From Octopus sinensis (Eukaryota): a stretch of DNA of 64,000 bases. This document shows positions 11,303 to 24,895 of this stretch, piece after piece; the first letter of the stretch is position 1; each line of letters starts with the position of its first letter. The notes below the pieces were generated by a model that saw only the letters and a list, made by a program, of their open reading frames with translations, searched no databases and was not told where the DNA came from. The DNA lies in assembly GCF_006345805.1 (NCBI RefSeq), contig NC_043026.1, positions 4,836,001 to 4,900,000 of the forward strand, written 5' to 3'. Made by a program: the position numbers and the translations under genes.

Positions 11303-11912
11303 ATTCACAGATACCAATAAAGCTGGAGATGAAACTGTTCTTAACCTGACAAATGCTGTAAATCTCTCGACATTTCAATATAATCCACACAATTATCATA
11401 CACAACATTGATTAACTCGGAAAGCTTATCCAAAGATGGGCTTTCATATAATCACACTGATAGACAGCATGTTGAGAGGATCGTTATTATTTGTTGCTGA
11501 TTGAGATAATAAAGATTGGTTAATGAATAAACCCAATTAATGAAAGTTAGGTTCATCTTAATTATCTTTAATATAAGGGACAATGTTTGGGTAGCAATGA
11601 GAAAGATGTCTTTGTATGAAAAAGGGGTTTGGCAGGTGAAGTGTGTTTTGTTTTGTGTGAGGTGAGGAGTTATAACTTGGTGTAGTTTATTATGAAGTAT
11701 TGGGGGTTTAATGAGGTGGATTAGGAAATATTGGTGGGGGTGTTTAATGACATTGTGGTGACCCATCATCATCAGAATGATCCTCCACCGCCTCCTTGGT
11801 CTATGAAATAATGACTGTTACTCTATTGACCCCAGGAGGAATGAAAAATAAACGAGACCTTCTTCAGGATGTCAGCTCTTTGAATATACATGGACTAAAC
11901 AACAACATATTT

Positions 11913-12666
11913 TTTGGGAAAAGCTGGGTAAGGATATGTTGTTGTTATTGCTGTTGTTGTTGACAACAAAGTTTATAAAGAGAAAAGCAGATAATTGCCA
12001 ATATTTCTATTGTAAAATTAAATTGGAATGAATGTTTATGTTTCATTTGTGCCATTCTACTTGGTTTATTTTGGGGAAGAAAATCCTACAAAAACTCTCA
12101 TAATAATTAGACTTTAATCTAATCGTAGATGTATTTATATACACATGCATACATATATATGAATGAATGTGTATAATATATACACAAGGATGCACATATG
12201 TATATTTATACATCCATACGTCTGTATGTATGTATGATGATCATCATTTTACCCCCACTTTCCATGCTGGAATGGGTTGGATGGTTCAGAGAATATCTTG
12301 CCTGAAGTTACATTTTCTGGTTTTCTTTCCACAGCTGGATGCTCTTCCTGACACCAACCACTGCACAATGTGCACTGGGTGCATCTTATGGCACCGTCAC
12401 TAGAGACAATCGCCATGTCCTTGACAAAACTAAAGGTTCCCCTCAATCTCTGAGTGTGACATATACCTTGGGATGGGTGAGAGATCTAGGGTAATAAATA
12501 TATGAAAAGGAGTGGCTGAGTGTTGGGGAGAGACTCAGGTGGGTCCAGTAACATCCCTAGTTTCATTGGAAGAATGGTGAAGAGAAGAGATTTACTGCCA
12601 ATCTTTGTCACAGCAATAAGATAGAGTAAAAAGAAGAAGAGAGAGTGATTGAGAGATGAAAGATAG
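11913..12666 (+). repeat. Dispersed duplication, copy 1 (copy 2 at 18638-19394)
   Basis: About 755 bp at roughly 93-95% identity, spanning unique-looking DNA plus repeat junctions; ORFs 12167..12403 and 18890..19126 nearly identical. Confidence 0.9.
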
Positions 12667-13111
12667 AAAGATACTTCTGCTAATTATTAATAAGTATATA
12701 TATATATATACACACACATACATACACATATATAGACAGACACATTTTGAATGACTTCTGACTCCATCAAAAGAGGATAGGTATCTTTATTTTTCACATT
12801 TAATCACAGATATCTTTATTCTGATGTATAATTTTATATTTTATATTTGACATTCTATACTTGACTTTCTAAGTTTGATAAATGTATGCTAATTTATATT
12901 TATAATTTAGAATCTATCATTTTTAATTCTTAATTTTGTAAAGTTTAATTTTTTAATTTTATATTTTTAATGTTTAATTTAATGCTTAGTTTTAAGGTGA
13001 TGTAAAATTAGGTTAACAATATTTTGAAAAAGAACCTGAAGATGGTAGAATTGTAAATCTTATGATTACACCACACACACACACCAAACACACACACACA
13101 CACACACACCA

Positions 13112-13162
<51 letters not shown>

Positions 13163-13163
13163 C

Positions 13164-13703
13164 ATTGCATGGAAAAATGTGAGCATGAAAAGTAATATTC
13201 TTAAGATTATAAACATGGAAAAGTACAAGACAAGTTATTACACCTGTAAAAGTATAGGACAAGTTATTACTTCAAGTAAAGAATAAGAAAGTTTTTACTT
13301 AAAATATTGCAGCAAAGAATTCCAGTTCTTCTAATTTACCACTCTTTACAGTTCTCATCTTTTAAATTTATTGTACAAAACTGTTCAGCTAATTTGTAAG
13401 TTTGTCTAATTAGTCACTTTTTTCTGTATTTAAGGTAGTAAATTAGCTAAATTCTACTTAAATAAGTATAGTGTTATTTGTAAACTATAATAAGTTTTAA
13501 TATTCAAATTTTTATTTTAGCTGCAATATTTTAAGTAAAAAGTTTCTTAATCTTTACTTTACTTGAAGTAATAGCTTGTCCTAAACTTTTACAGGTGGAA
13601 TAGCTTGTCCTAAACTTTTACAGGTGTAATAACTTGTCCTGTACTTTTCCAGGTTTATAATCTTAAGAATATTACTTTTCATGCTCACATTTTTCCATGT
13701 AAT
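13164..13703. mobile_element. MITE with about 150-bp terminal inverted repeats
   Basis: attgcatggaaaaatgtgagcatgaaaagtaatattcttaagattataaac... mirrored by ...gtttataatcttaagaatattacttttcatgctcacatttttccatgtaat. A 28-bp subrepeat occurs twice in the left arm and three times in the right. Confidence 0.85.
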
Positions 13704-16376
13704 CCATGATTTTTCCAGGCATTGCTGTTATAACATAATTAATGATGTGTCAATTAATAATTTAAGATTTTACCGTATAAAATACTGGGTAGGGGGATAC
13801 ATTGACTGCTATTTTTAGCATGTTGAGCGACCAGATAGAGGCTCTTTCATTGGTTTGATTGCGGGATGAGATTTTTTTTTACAATCTATGTATAATATTT
13901 ATATATATATATCATCGGCAGAAGTTAGAGAGTAAGTCAAAAGCTGAGAGTTTCATGTATTGGCGCTTATCAAACACAAATTTGTCCATTGTCACTCAGT
14001 AACTTGTGACGAAATAACTTCTAAAATAAAAAATTTTGTCAAAAACGTTAAGAGTAAACCCTGTTGTATGTGACACATTCTACCAGTATTTGAAGTTTGA
14101 AAGTGTTTAGTTAAAAAAAAATTAATTAAATAATCTGGACGTCAAATTGAATAGATCCGAAATGGATAAAAAGCAAATTTGACCTCAGTGGAATTTGAAC
14201 TCAAAATGTAAACAAAGGCGAAATACCTGTAAGCATTTCGCCCTGTGCTAATGTTTCTGCCAGCTCACTCTCTTGGAACAGAAACATTCATTTTAGCAAT
14301 ATATTCTTTAATATTCTTATAGCTGAAGCATTACTTCCTTCTCTCTTACTGACACGAAATTTCCTGGCATTTCACCCCATGACTTTTCTTCTACAAATTT
14401 TTGTTCAGTGCAACTAACGACTCTGAATTCCTCATACATTTTTCTCTCATTTAAGCCGAAGAAAAGTATACTTTTATTTTAAAATTAAAAAGTTTACGTT
14501 AATTGAAGGTGAATAGGTGCCTTACTGCCCCCCACCCCTCTATAGGTCGCAGATATTTTGATGTAACTTTTTTTCCACTGAACCAAATCTAAAACTATTT
14601 ATGCCAAAGTGTAGCCGAGGAGGTGTCCTCTTTAAGACTGTTAACAGTTGGCAATTTAGTTGAGAACTGAATTAGTGGTGAAGTGAAGCTGCTGGATTGA
14701 CGAAATGGTGGACTTAAGAATATATTCAACCACTACCATGGTTGAATGATAACCTTCCAATATTGAAACACGTGTAGTTCATTCCTAATGACATTTTAAC
14801 TTCAGTAGGAGGTAATTAAGGAAGTATATTGTATACCCTGCTGGTGTACTACTACTGGTTTCATCCTTAAAGTATTACTTCTTGATGTGCATACAATCTG
14901 ACCCTACTATACTGTGTAGTCGACAAAATCAAAAACAACCACCAATGTGTGTGTACGAAATTAGAAATATAAAAGAGCGACAATTTACCCATCGCAGCCT
15001 GTATGTGACGAGTGTGTGCATATTTGATAATACAAATAAGTTATAAAACATATGGAAGCAGCTATTTTCCACATGAGATGTGTTAAGACAGAGCTCAATA
15101 AATATGCAATGAATTCCTGTTGGGATCGATAATATAATGAAAGATAATGATGTCCAAAACTGATGGACATGAGAAATTAAAACCATGAGAAACATTTTAA
15201 GGTGAAAACAACCTTACCGTCCCGTACCAAATCCTTGCTCCACGTCACACCTCCTTGCTACTCCACCACCACCATACTTCTCCACATTGGTCCTCCCCAT
15301 CCCGTTACACAACCCTCTTCTCACGCCACTATGTTGGATGTGTGTGGGTGGGTGTGAGAGAGAAAGAGAGAGAGAGAGTACCTGTTTATACACACAACTA
15401 TTTGAATGTATATGCGTATGAATAATACGTGTGTGTGTGTGTGTGTTGGCTGTATATGAGTAAGTATGTAGTTGTGTTGCGTTGTGTCTGGTGCTTGGTA
15501 ACAAAGCATACAGTTTGGCTGTCTGCAGTTTGTCAGGCCAGAGAAGATATTAGCTTGCTTGGAAATAGAGCATCTATCCATAGAAAAAACTGCCTCAATG
15601 AAGTCTCAGTTGACCGGGGGAGGCAGAGAAAAAGTGACCCTTAAAAACGATCGTGCGTGTGTATATATTTAATACCCTTTCTTGGGGCCCTGAACAACTA
15701 ATGGAGTTGAAAGAGTATCCATGGGACATACAGTGTGTTTAGGGTGTTTTAAATCTGGAAGATCCCTTCTCTCTACATGCGTAACCCCTGTCAATGTCTT
15801 CCACGGAGAAAGAAAGAAGTAGTTGAGGAGGAAGTGGAAGAACAACGATGACAAATCTTTTGTCTCCTGTGAAAATATACAGAGTGTATCAAATACATAT
15901 TTGAGAGTCTGCATAATGATAGGAGGAAATAAATACAAACGTGAATGTGACTGTGTGTGCATGAATATAAGCATTCTTTTATTCTTTTCTATGTACGACG
16001 GGCTTCTTTCAGTTTCCGTCTACCAAATCCATTCACAAGGCTTTGGTTGGCCCGAGGCTATAGTAGGAGACACTTGCCCAAGGTGCCACACAGTGGGACT
16101 GAACCCAGAACAACGTGGTTGCATGATGCAGGGAAACGGTCGTATAATCAAGTACCTGCATACCTGGAGAACTACATTGCGCAGAAACAATTGTAGTGAA
16201 TGAAAAGAAATGTCCAACCATGTTTCTTCTTGTTGATCCCAATTTTTTTTCAATTATATATTCACGCACGACAGATGCCCAAACGCAAACCTGGAAGTAC
16301 GTTCAATATTACTACTGGATAACGAGTTGCTAACAGAATATACCATAACCATATATATATATATATATAGACAGAC

Positions 16377-16442
<66 letters not shown>

Positions 16443-16792
16443 TTAGATTGATAGATATATAGTTCCCGTCATTCAAACATACTGTAAATGTGTTAGTACT
16501 CTCAATTCAATTAAAATATCTGGTATATTTCCTAACCTAGCAGTTCGACAATTAGATACAGTTAAAATATTTACCAGACTATAAAAGTAATACTGCAGTT
16601 ATCCTAAGGTATTTATTCTGGGTTCAAATCCTGGCAAGGTTTAATAGCTTCTCGTGTATAATATACTGCTTGAAAATAAAATAATTTTCTATAGAAGAGT
16701 ATATTTATGTTTGAAATAGGTCTAATGAATATTTAACAAAGTAAATGCGTTACTAAATTGTTAATTAAAATAATTATCACAAGATGACTTAC

Positions 16793-16837
16793 CAAAGTCA
16801 ATAATTGCGTTTGAATCTCAGCCTGAAGTCTTGGCCT
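16793..16837 (-). CDS. Candidate 45-bp exon (RPRLQAEIQTQLLTL), paralog of 25802-25846
   Basis: First AG after a long pyrimidine tract; perfect donor TTG|gtaagt. Five synonymous third-position differences versus the 25.8-kb paralog in this frame. Confidence 0.4.
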
Positions 16838-17124
16838 CTGAGTTCAGTTCGTTCAAAGTGTAGCAAAAATGTAAAAAGAAAAATCACAAGTCACGAGGCA
16901 GGAAAGAGTGGGCGTTAACGGTTCGAGTGTGTGTTTAGTGTGTGTGCGTGCGTAGTGTGTGTGTGTGTACGTGTAGTGTCTGTTTAGTGTGTGTGTGTGT
17001 GTGTAGTGTGAAACTAGCACACAATCTGTTACGTATTTGATCATGTAGACAAATGGCAAGTCCTTGACACCAATTATTCTAACAGTGAATGCCAGGAATG
17101 TGTGTGTGTTTAGGTGTATGTATG

Positions 17125-17161
<37 letters not shown>

Positions 17162-17574
17162 ATGCCCATATATGTGTGTGTGTGTGTGTGTTTGTGAGTG
17201 TGCTAGGTTCCCGCTAGAGGTACAAAAAGAAACATACTTAGAAACACACATACGGACACATATATAAACGTACATACATTTATCTATCTGTGCGTAGATA
17301 GATGCATAATATATATGATTATACATAATATACACACACACTATATATATATATAATATTTAATGTGTGTGTGTGTGTGTCTGCCAGGGTATATGTATGC
17401 CATTTGTGTATGTATGTATACGCACACACACACACACACATACACACACACAAATATACAATAAATAATAGGCACAGCTTGGCTGTGTGTTAAGAAGCTT
17501 GCTTCCCACCCACATGGCTCTGGGTTCAATTCCATTGAACACAGAGTGTCTTCTACTATCGCTTTAGATACAAA

Positions 17575-18637
17575 TTCTATTTTGATTTGTTTTGATTTGA
17601 TTTTGATTTTGATTTTGATTTTCACTTGCCTCAACAGGTCTTCACAAGTGTCACAAGAAGGAAGGTATGCACAGGTGGACTGACTACATCCCAGGTAGGG
17701 GCCACGGGTTATGGCCTGACTAGTCTTGCCAGGTCTTCTCACGCACAGCATACTTCCATAGGTCTCGGTCTCTAGTCATTTCCTTGGTGAGACCTAAAGT
17801 TCGAAGGTCATGCTTCACCACCTCGTCCCAGGTTTTCCTGGGTCTACCTCTCCCACAGGTTCCCTCAACTGCTAGGGTGTAGCACTTTTGCACACAACTA
17901 TCTTCAGCCATTCTCGTCACATGACCATACCAGCGCAGCCGTCTCTCTTGCACACCACAACTGACGCTTCTTAGGTTCAACTTTTCTCTCAAGGTACTTA
18001 CACTCTGACGATTATGAACACTGACATTACACATCCATCGGAGCATACTGGCTTCATTTCTTGCAAGCTTACGCATGTCCTCAGCAGTCACGGCCCATGT
18101 TTCACTACCATGTAGCATGGCTGTACGTACACATGCATCATACAGTCTGCCTTTTACTCTGAGCGAGAGGCCTTTTGTCACCAGCAGGGGTAAGAGCTCT
18201 CTAAACTTTGCCCAGGCTATTCTTACTCTAGCAGTTACACTTTCAGCACACCCACCCCCGCTACTGACTTGGTCTCCTAGGTAGCGGAAGCTATCAACTA
18301 CTTCTAGTTTGTCTCCCTGGAACGTGGCAGAAGTTGGTCTCTGCACATTTCCAGTGTTTATTGCTCCTGAGAATCTGCCACAGACAAAAACTATTTTCCT
18401 AGTTAGCCTTCCTTTGACATTGCTGCACCTCTTATGTGTCCATAGCTTACACTTGGTGCACCTTATAGAGTTTCTACCTACACCTTTTTTACAGATCGAG
18501 CAGGGCCATCTACTTGAAGTCGTTTGTGATTGGTCCACCTTCCTACTTATTAGGACTTTGGTTTTGGCTAGGTTGATTCTAAGGCCCTTCGATTCTAATC
18601 CAGTTCTGATAGTGACTCAGCAATTAGAGCAAGGTCA
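17575..18637 (-). mobile_element. RTE-clade LINE, 5'-truncated (C-terminal RT region, PHD-like finger, partial 3' UTR)
   Basis: ORF 17720..18538: LEVVDSFRYLG, RLYDACVRTAMLHGSETW, RRLRWYGHV, GRGRPRKTW. Confidence 0.92.
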
Positions 18638-19394
18638 TTTTGGGGAAAAGCTGGATAAGGCTATGTTGTTGTTATTGCTGTTGTTGTTGACAACAAAGTT
18701 TATAAAGAGAAAAGCAGATAATTGCAAATATTTCTATTGTAAAATTAAATTGGAATGAATGTTTATGTTTCACTTGTGCCAATCTACTTGGTTTATTTTG
18801 AGGAAGAAAAACCTACAAAACCCTTCATAATAATTAGACTTTAATCTAATTGTAGATGTATTTATATACACATGCATACATATATATGAATGAAGGTGTA
18901 TAATATATACACAAGGATGAACATATGTATATTTATACATCCATACGTCTGTATGTATGATGATCATCATTTTACCCCCATTTTCCATTCTGGAATGGGT
19001 TGGATGGTTCAAAGAATATCTTGCCTGAAGTTACATTTTCTGGTTATCTTTCCACAGCTGGATGCTCTTCCTGACACCAACCACTGCACAATGTGCACTG
19101 GGTGCATCTTATGGCACCGTCACTAGAGACGATCACCATGTCCTTGACAAAACTAAAGGTTCCCCTCAATCTCTGGGTGTGACATATACCTTGGGATGTG
19201 TGAGAGATCTAGGGTAATGAATATATGAAAAGGAGTGGTTTGGGTTTTAGGGAGAGACCCAGGTAGGTCCAGTAACATCCCTAGTTTCATTGGAAGAATG
19301 GTGAAGAGAAGAGATTTACTGCCATTCTTTGTCACAGCAGTAAGATAGTAGAGTAAAAAGAAGAAGAGAGAGTGATTGAGAGATGAAAGATAGA
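18638..19394 (+). repeat. Dispersed duplication, copy 2 (copy 1 at 11913-12666)
   Basis: See copy 1; the left edge abuts the 5' truncation point of the RTE at 18637. Confidence 0.9.
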
Positions 19395-19972
19395 GGTAGG
19401 GGTGCTAGGGGCGTGGCAGTAGGGACACAGGTGACAGTGACATGGGGGATATGAAGGGTGTGTGATGTTGGAAGTGAATGATAAGTTATGTGTATTAGAG
19501 GGGTGAGTGATAGGGGTGTGGTAAATATGAGAGGTAGTGAAAGGGCTGAAGGTGTAGACTATACATATACAGGTGCAAATGGGAAAAATAGAACTTGACA
19601 TGTAAGTATATGTGTATTGTATTTTTTATTATTATTGAGCAGAACGAACAGAGTGACTCAAGATCTGAGAGTTTCATGTGCTGACACTCATCAATCTGGT
19701 TCTTTGGAGGTCTGGGAATATACCTCCCAAAAACCAGTTTTATAAATGCCAATAAAAGAAACTTTTGGATCTTGGGTCACTTTGTTACTTTGGTGAAATA
19801 ATATTAATATAAATATATATATACATATATATATACACACATTCACACTAACATTTACATAGACACACATATGTAATTATATGAATATACCTTCACATAC
19901 CTATGTATAAATATTTGTGTCTATGTATGTTTATAGATATGAATCAATGTATGACAAAAGAACAAGAGTTAC

Positions 19973-20127
19973 GTAGACACCTTCATTAGCTTCCAGCTGT
20001 TTCTGCTGCAGGAAGCAGTGAACTCGAGCTGAGTGTGTGTGCGCATAGGTGTCTGTGCATTTGTTTATGTTTGCAATGTCTTTTAAGTTGCTCCAAGCAG
20101 ACACATCTGTCAACCAATCACCCCCAC
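19973..20127 (-). CDS. Candidate internal exon of an unidentified minus-strand gene (GGDWLTDVSAWSNLKDIANINKCTDTYAHTHSARVHCFLQQKQLEANEGVY)
   Basis: Acceptor tttccatgtcttccaag|GT, open frame, donor TAC|gtaact (alternative AAG|gtgtct at 19981). Phase matches exon 20615-20695. Confidence 0.5.
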
Positions 20128-20614
20128 CTTGGAAGACATGGAAATAAGAACTTTTGTTCTTGCAAAATGGTTTTGGGTGAGCAATAGGAAGGCTGTCTGT
20201 CTGTAACCCAAGGCTACAATAATATATTCACCTAACCCATGCTAGCATACAAAGTCAGATGTGCAATCAAACATAAGTAAACCCATGTTTATACATTCAT
20301 ATACTCTTATGCACGCATAAACACATACACACACGTGTATGTGTGCATCTGGTATTAAGATCATCCAGCTGTAGAAATCTTGCCAAATCTTTCATTGGAG
20401 CTCAGCAATGTCCTCTGGTTCACTGCTTCCTCGTCAACTGTCCTACCCATGCCAGTTAGGGAAAATGGATGTCAGAACCTTTATAATACATCAGATGATG
20501 TATTTTCTTTTCTGTATTTTCCTTCTAATAATTTTGTTTTTTTCTTGCCAGGTTCTTGTGAGTGCCACTCAGTCAAGTCTATGACTACACTCGATGAGGG
20601 TCACCAATCCTCAC

Positions 20615-20695
20615 CTGGTTTCAAGCAAGAGAATATTTCCCCAAGTTCTTCCAACATGAACAGCACAATGGTTGGATATGTTTTCTGGTGGAACA
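20615..20695 (-). CDS. Candidate 81-bp phase 1-1 exon (FHQKTYPTIVLFMLEELGEIFSCLKP)
   Basis: tttgtttgcag|TG...CCAG|gtgagg; open frame that joins in frame to 20127 (LKP-G-GGDW). Confidence 0.55.
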
Positions 20696-21769
20696 CTGCA
20701 AACAAACGACTCTGTTTGTGTGACGTGACATTTGTTTATAATTCGCAGCAGATGTCAAGACAAGGAGACATGAGCAGACATATGCACACACACACACACA
20801 CACAACACACACACACACACACCACATTACATGCATACACATACAAGTACAAATGTAGATATGCATACATGAATATACACACACATGTATATACCATAGG
20901 CTTTATCAGTTCCTTGTACGAAACCCACTCACAAGACTTGTGCCAACCTGGAACATTAGAAGAAGTTAATTCTTTAAGGTGCTGCAAAGTGGGACTGAAC
21001 CTGAGACCACAAGGTTGTAAAGTGAATTTCTTAACCATACAGCCATGCCCCCATCTTTTTTTTGGTGATATTTTGAAGATAATAATAATCCTTTCTACTA
21101 TAGGCACAAGGCCTGAAATTTTGGGTGTGAGGTCTAGTCGATTACATCAATAAGTACTGGAATAAGTACCAGTTGCACAACTCCAGTGTGTAACTGGTAC
21201 TTATTGAATTGACCCCAAAAGGAAGAAAGGCAAAATCGACCTTGGTGGAATTTGAACTCAGACTGTAGCGGCAAACGAGTCATCATAATATTAATAATAA
21301 TAAATGGCTTCAAATTTTAGCACAAGCCAGCAGTTTCAGGGGAGCAGGTAAGTTGATTACAGCGACCCCAGAACTCGAAAGGTACTTATTTTATCGACCC
21401 TGAAAGAATGGAAGTTGACATCGGCAACATTTGAACTCAGAACGTAAAGACAACCAAAATGCTGCCAAGCATTTTGCCCAGCATGCTAACTGTTCTGCCA
21501 GCTCACCACCTACATCATCATCATCATCATCATCATCATAATAAACAATAACAACAACAACCATACTTTTCCTATTTTATATCCTTCATATGTCCCCTTT
21601 TACTTTCATCTCTCTCTCTCTCTCATTCACTGTCTCCTTTTAAATATCAACTTCAACATTTCATTTCCCTTCTTTTACATAAACATATATTATGTGTGTA
21701 TATATATACATATATATATAATATATATATATAATATATATATATATTATATATATATTATGTATCATC

Positions 21770-22090
21770 ATCATCATCGTTTAACGTCTGCCTTCCATGC
21801 TAGCATGGGTTGGACGATTTTGACTGATGGCTAGCAAACCAGATGGCACACCAGGCTCCAATGTTGATCTGGCAAGTTTCTCTACAGCTGGATGCCCTTC
21901 CTAATGCCAACCACTCCGAGAGTGTAGTGGGTGCATTTTACGTGCCAGTCAGGTGGTACTGGCAACGACCTCACTCGAATGGTGTCTTTTACGTTCCACT
22001 GACACGGAAGCCAGTTAACCACTCTGGCAACGATCACGCTTGGATGATGCTCTTAGCACCCTACTAGCCCGGGTACAAGTGCCAGTAAGG
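21770..22090 (-). mobile_element. RTE 3'-tail fragment or RTE-tail SINE
   Basis: (cat)n-cgtttaacgtc...catgctagcatgggttggacg...ctggatgcccttcctaatgccaaccactccg, shared with the 3' ends of the RTE copies in this window. Confidence 0.8.
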
Positions 22091-22094
22091 CGAC

Positions 22095-22127
<33 letters not shown>

Positions 22128-22130
<3 letters not shown>

Positions 22131-22478
22131 TTTTATTCTTGTATTTGCTTCAGTCATTTGAGTGTGGCCATGCTGGAGCACTGCCTTTAGTCAAACAAAT
22201 CAACCTGAGGACTTATTCTTTCTAAGACCAATACTTATTCTATTGGTCTCTTTAGCCAAATTGCTAAGTTACGGGGATGTAATCAAACCAATATTGGTTG
22301 TCAAGCTCTGTTGGTGGGACAGAGACAGATAAATATATATGACAGGCTTCTTTCAGTTTCCGTCTAACAGATCCACTCACAAGGTTTTGATTTGCCCAAT
22401 GTGCCATGCAATAGGACTGAACCCAGAGCCATGTGGTTGGCAAGCATGCTTCTTACCACACAGCCACACTTGTGCCCT
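22128..22478 (-). mobile_element. tRNA-derived SINE, family A
   Basis: Head with A/B-box-like tggctgtgtgg and ggttcagtcc, then a microsatellite spacer and a tail with ctccagcatggcc..gactgaa. Confidence 0.8.
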
Positions 22479-22849
22479 TGCCCCACTGCTTCTAATTCTT
22501 GTCACCTCCCACATTACCATTCCCCCTTTACATTGTCTCTCTCTTAATATAAATATATGTTATGTATGTGTATATATATATATATATGTATATATGGTAT
22601 TCCTTTATTTGTTTTAGTCAATTGACTGCAGCCATGCTGGAGCACCGCCTGTAGTCAAATATAAATGGACCCCAGTTCTTATTCTTTGTTTTGCCCAATA
22701 CTTATTCTATCAGTCTCTTTTGCCAAATCGCTAAGATACAGGGACGCAAACACATCAAAATCGGTTGTCAAGCGAAGCTGGGGGACAAACATAAACACAA
22801 ACATATTCACACACACACACACAATATATATATATATATATATAATCGA

Positions 22850-23330
22850 AATTGAACCAAATTCGATAACTGGCACCCGTGCCAATGGAGCGCTAGCAGC
22901 ACCATCCAAGTGTGATCATTTCCAGAGCAGCCGTCTGGCTCCCATGCTGGTGGCACATGAAAAGCACCATTTGAGTGTGATCGTTACCAGCATTGCCTCA
23001 TTGGCACTTGTGCTGGTGACACAAAAAATGATTCGAGCGAGGTCGTAGCCAGTGCCGCTGGACTGGCTCCTGTACAGGTGGCACGTAAAAGGCACCATTT
23101 GAGAGTGGATGTGGCCAGTATCGCCTGGATGGCCCTTGTGCCAGTGTAACGTAAAAGCAGCCAGTACACTCTCGGAATGGTTGGCATTAGGAAGGGTATC
23201 CAGCTATAGAAACTCTGCCAGATGAGATTGGAGCCTGGTGCAACCATCTGGTTCGCCAGTCCTCACTCAAATTGTCCAACCCATGACAGCATGGAAAGCG
23301 GACGTTAAACAACGATGATGATGATGATGA
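22850..23330 (+). mobile_element. RTE 3' UTR fragment ending in (GAT)n tail
   Basis: ...ggaagggtatccagctatagaaac...gcggacgttaaacaacgatgatgatgat. Confidence 0.75.
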
Positions 23331-24246
23331 TATCGGGCTTCTTTCATTTCCCTCTACCAAATCCTCTCACAAGTCTTTGGTTGGCCTGAGGCTATAATAG
23401 TAAACTCTTGCTCAAAGTATCACGCAGTGGAACTGAACCCGGAACTATGTGGTTGGGAAGTAAGCTTCTTACCACACAGCCACTCCTGTGTATGTGTATA
23501 TATATACACCACAGATTCACAAACCAAAAGATCCTGACTCCATACGGATTTATAGTGGCAGAGCTGATGCTGGGAATGGCCAATGAGCTGGTGTTGACAA
23601 CAACACAACACCAAGCACAGTGGCAGTGACCGGATGGGTGTCTTTGAGACCAGAGCCTTAAACGGCTGAAAAAGTGGAAGGGTCAACTACAACAGTTGTT
23701 GCAGACTTGATAATATAACAAGAGAAGAACGATGAAAGAGGGAGGAAATGGATGAAGAGGAGGCATGTAAACAAACTCTGGGTCTACATTGATGAAAATA
23801 AGTTGAAAAACAGCATCAGAAGATCTGACCTCTCTGGCTGTATTTAAAATCAAAAGAGGTCAACCAGATGACATAAGATATAGAATGACTTGAAGAGATT
23901 TGAAATCTGGAGAGCCTTTCTCTCTACTTGTGTAACCCCTGGCAATGTCTTGCACATAGAAAGAAAGAAGTGGTTGAAGAGGAGGAAGAACAACAATGAT
24001 GACAAATCTACTCCAGTACTTGACTGGTTCTTTATCAATCATAATATAAAGTAAAGCTGACCTCACTAGGTATTGAACTCAGGGCACCAGAGCAGATACT
24101 GGAAACAGTCTTTTAGTAAAATGTGTGAAAGCCTTTGCCAACTGACCCCTTTTTACATGAATAAGTTCACTTGTTTAACTGTTTGATTTCTATGAATATA
24201 TTATTGCTTGAGAGAGCATCATTAGAGAAACATAACCAGGTCGTAC

Positions 24247-24357
24247 CTTGGCCAGGTAATAACAAATGATTAATTACATTATACACAGGTGCATGTTCGT
24301 TGGTATATCTGATGTTACCTTGGAATTGTTTAATTTTTAGACAATTCTCTTGGTAAA
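24247..24357 (-). CDS. Candidate 111-bp phase 1-1 exon (YQENCLKIKQFQGNIRYTNEHAPVYNVINHLLLPGQ)
   Basis: tatatttcttcaag|TT...CAAG|gtacga; open frame; an internal alternative donor CAAG|gtaaca is also present. Confidence 0.45.
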
Positions 24358-24895
24358 CTTGAAGAAATATACAAATTTATAACATAGATTATTATTATTA
24401 AAAATACAATATTTAAATGTAATTTATAAAAATATATTAAAAATACAATCTTTTAAAATGTTATAAAACTTTTATAATTCCGAAATACAATTTATAAAGT
24501 TGAAATATTGAAACATTAAAATTATTTTTATAAACAGTAAATATATTTAAAATAAAAGAAATACATTTGTTTAAAATATATTAAAACTATGATTTCCATT
24601 TTTGATTTTTCACTGAAAGTTAATTCTTGTCTAGCGATGCTATAGTCAAAAACTCTCTAACCATGACCCTCCCATAAGTTGTCATGATTGAATATGTTTT
24701 TAGGGGCATTTTAGGGACTTTGTTCTTTGTTTGTAATAGAGTTTATATTAAATGCAGACAATGTGAAATATTTCCCAGAAGCCATCCATCTGATAAATAA
24801 TATCGAAGATGGTGAGAAAACATATTTAATGCATTGCACATTAAAATGTTGATGTAGGATAAAGATGTGCTGAGAGAGAAAATATATGTTGTCAC

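Noticed and set aside
14900-15200. Coding-like stretch (KHMEAAIFHMRCVKTELNKY)
   Set aside because: Short, stop-interrupted and with no recognisable motif.
19495-19800. ORF MAFIKLVFGRYIP...MKLSDLESLC as an exon
   Set aside because: No pyrimidine-rich acceptor. It shares ctgagagtttcatgt with 13945, which lies in a MITE-like fragment, so it is probably transposon-derived non-coding DNA.
20380-21153. 257-aa plus-strand ORF
   Set aside because: It runs through SINE pieces and a CA microsatellite, and is antisense to a better-supported exon.
23420-24066. Several protein-like ORFs on both strands
   Set aside because: Multiple stops in every frame and no consistent splice sites; the frame and origin could not be resolved. 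Kept only as part of the older duplication.
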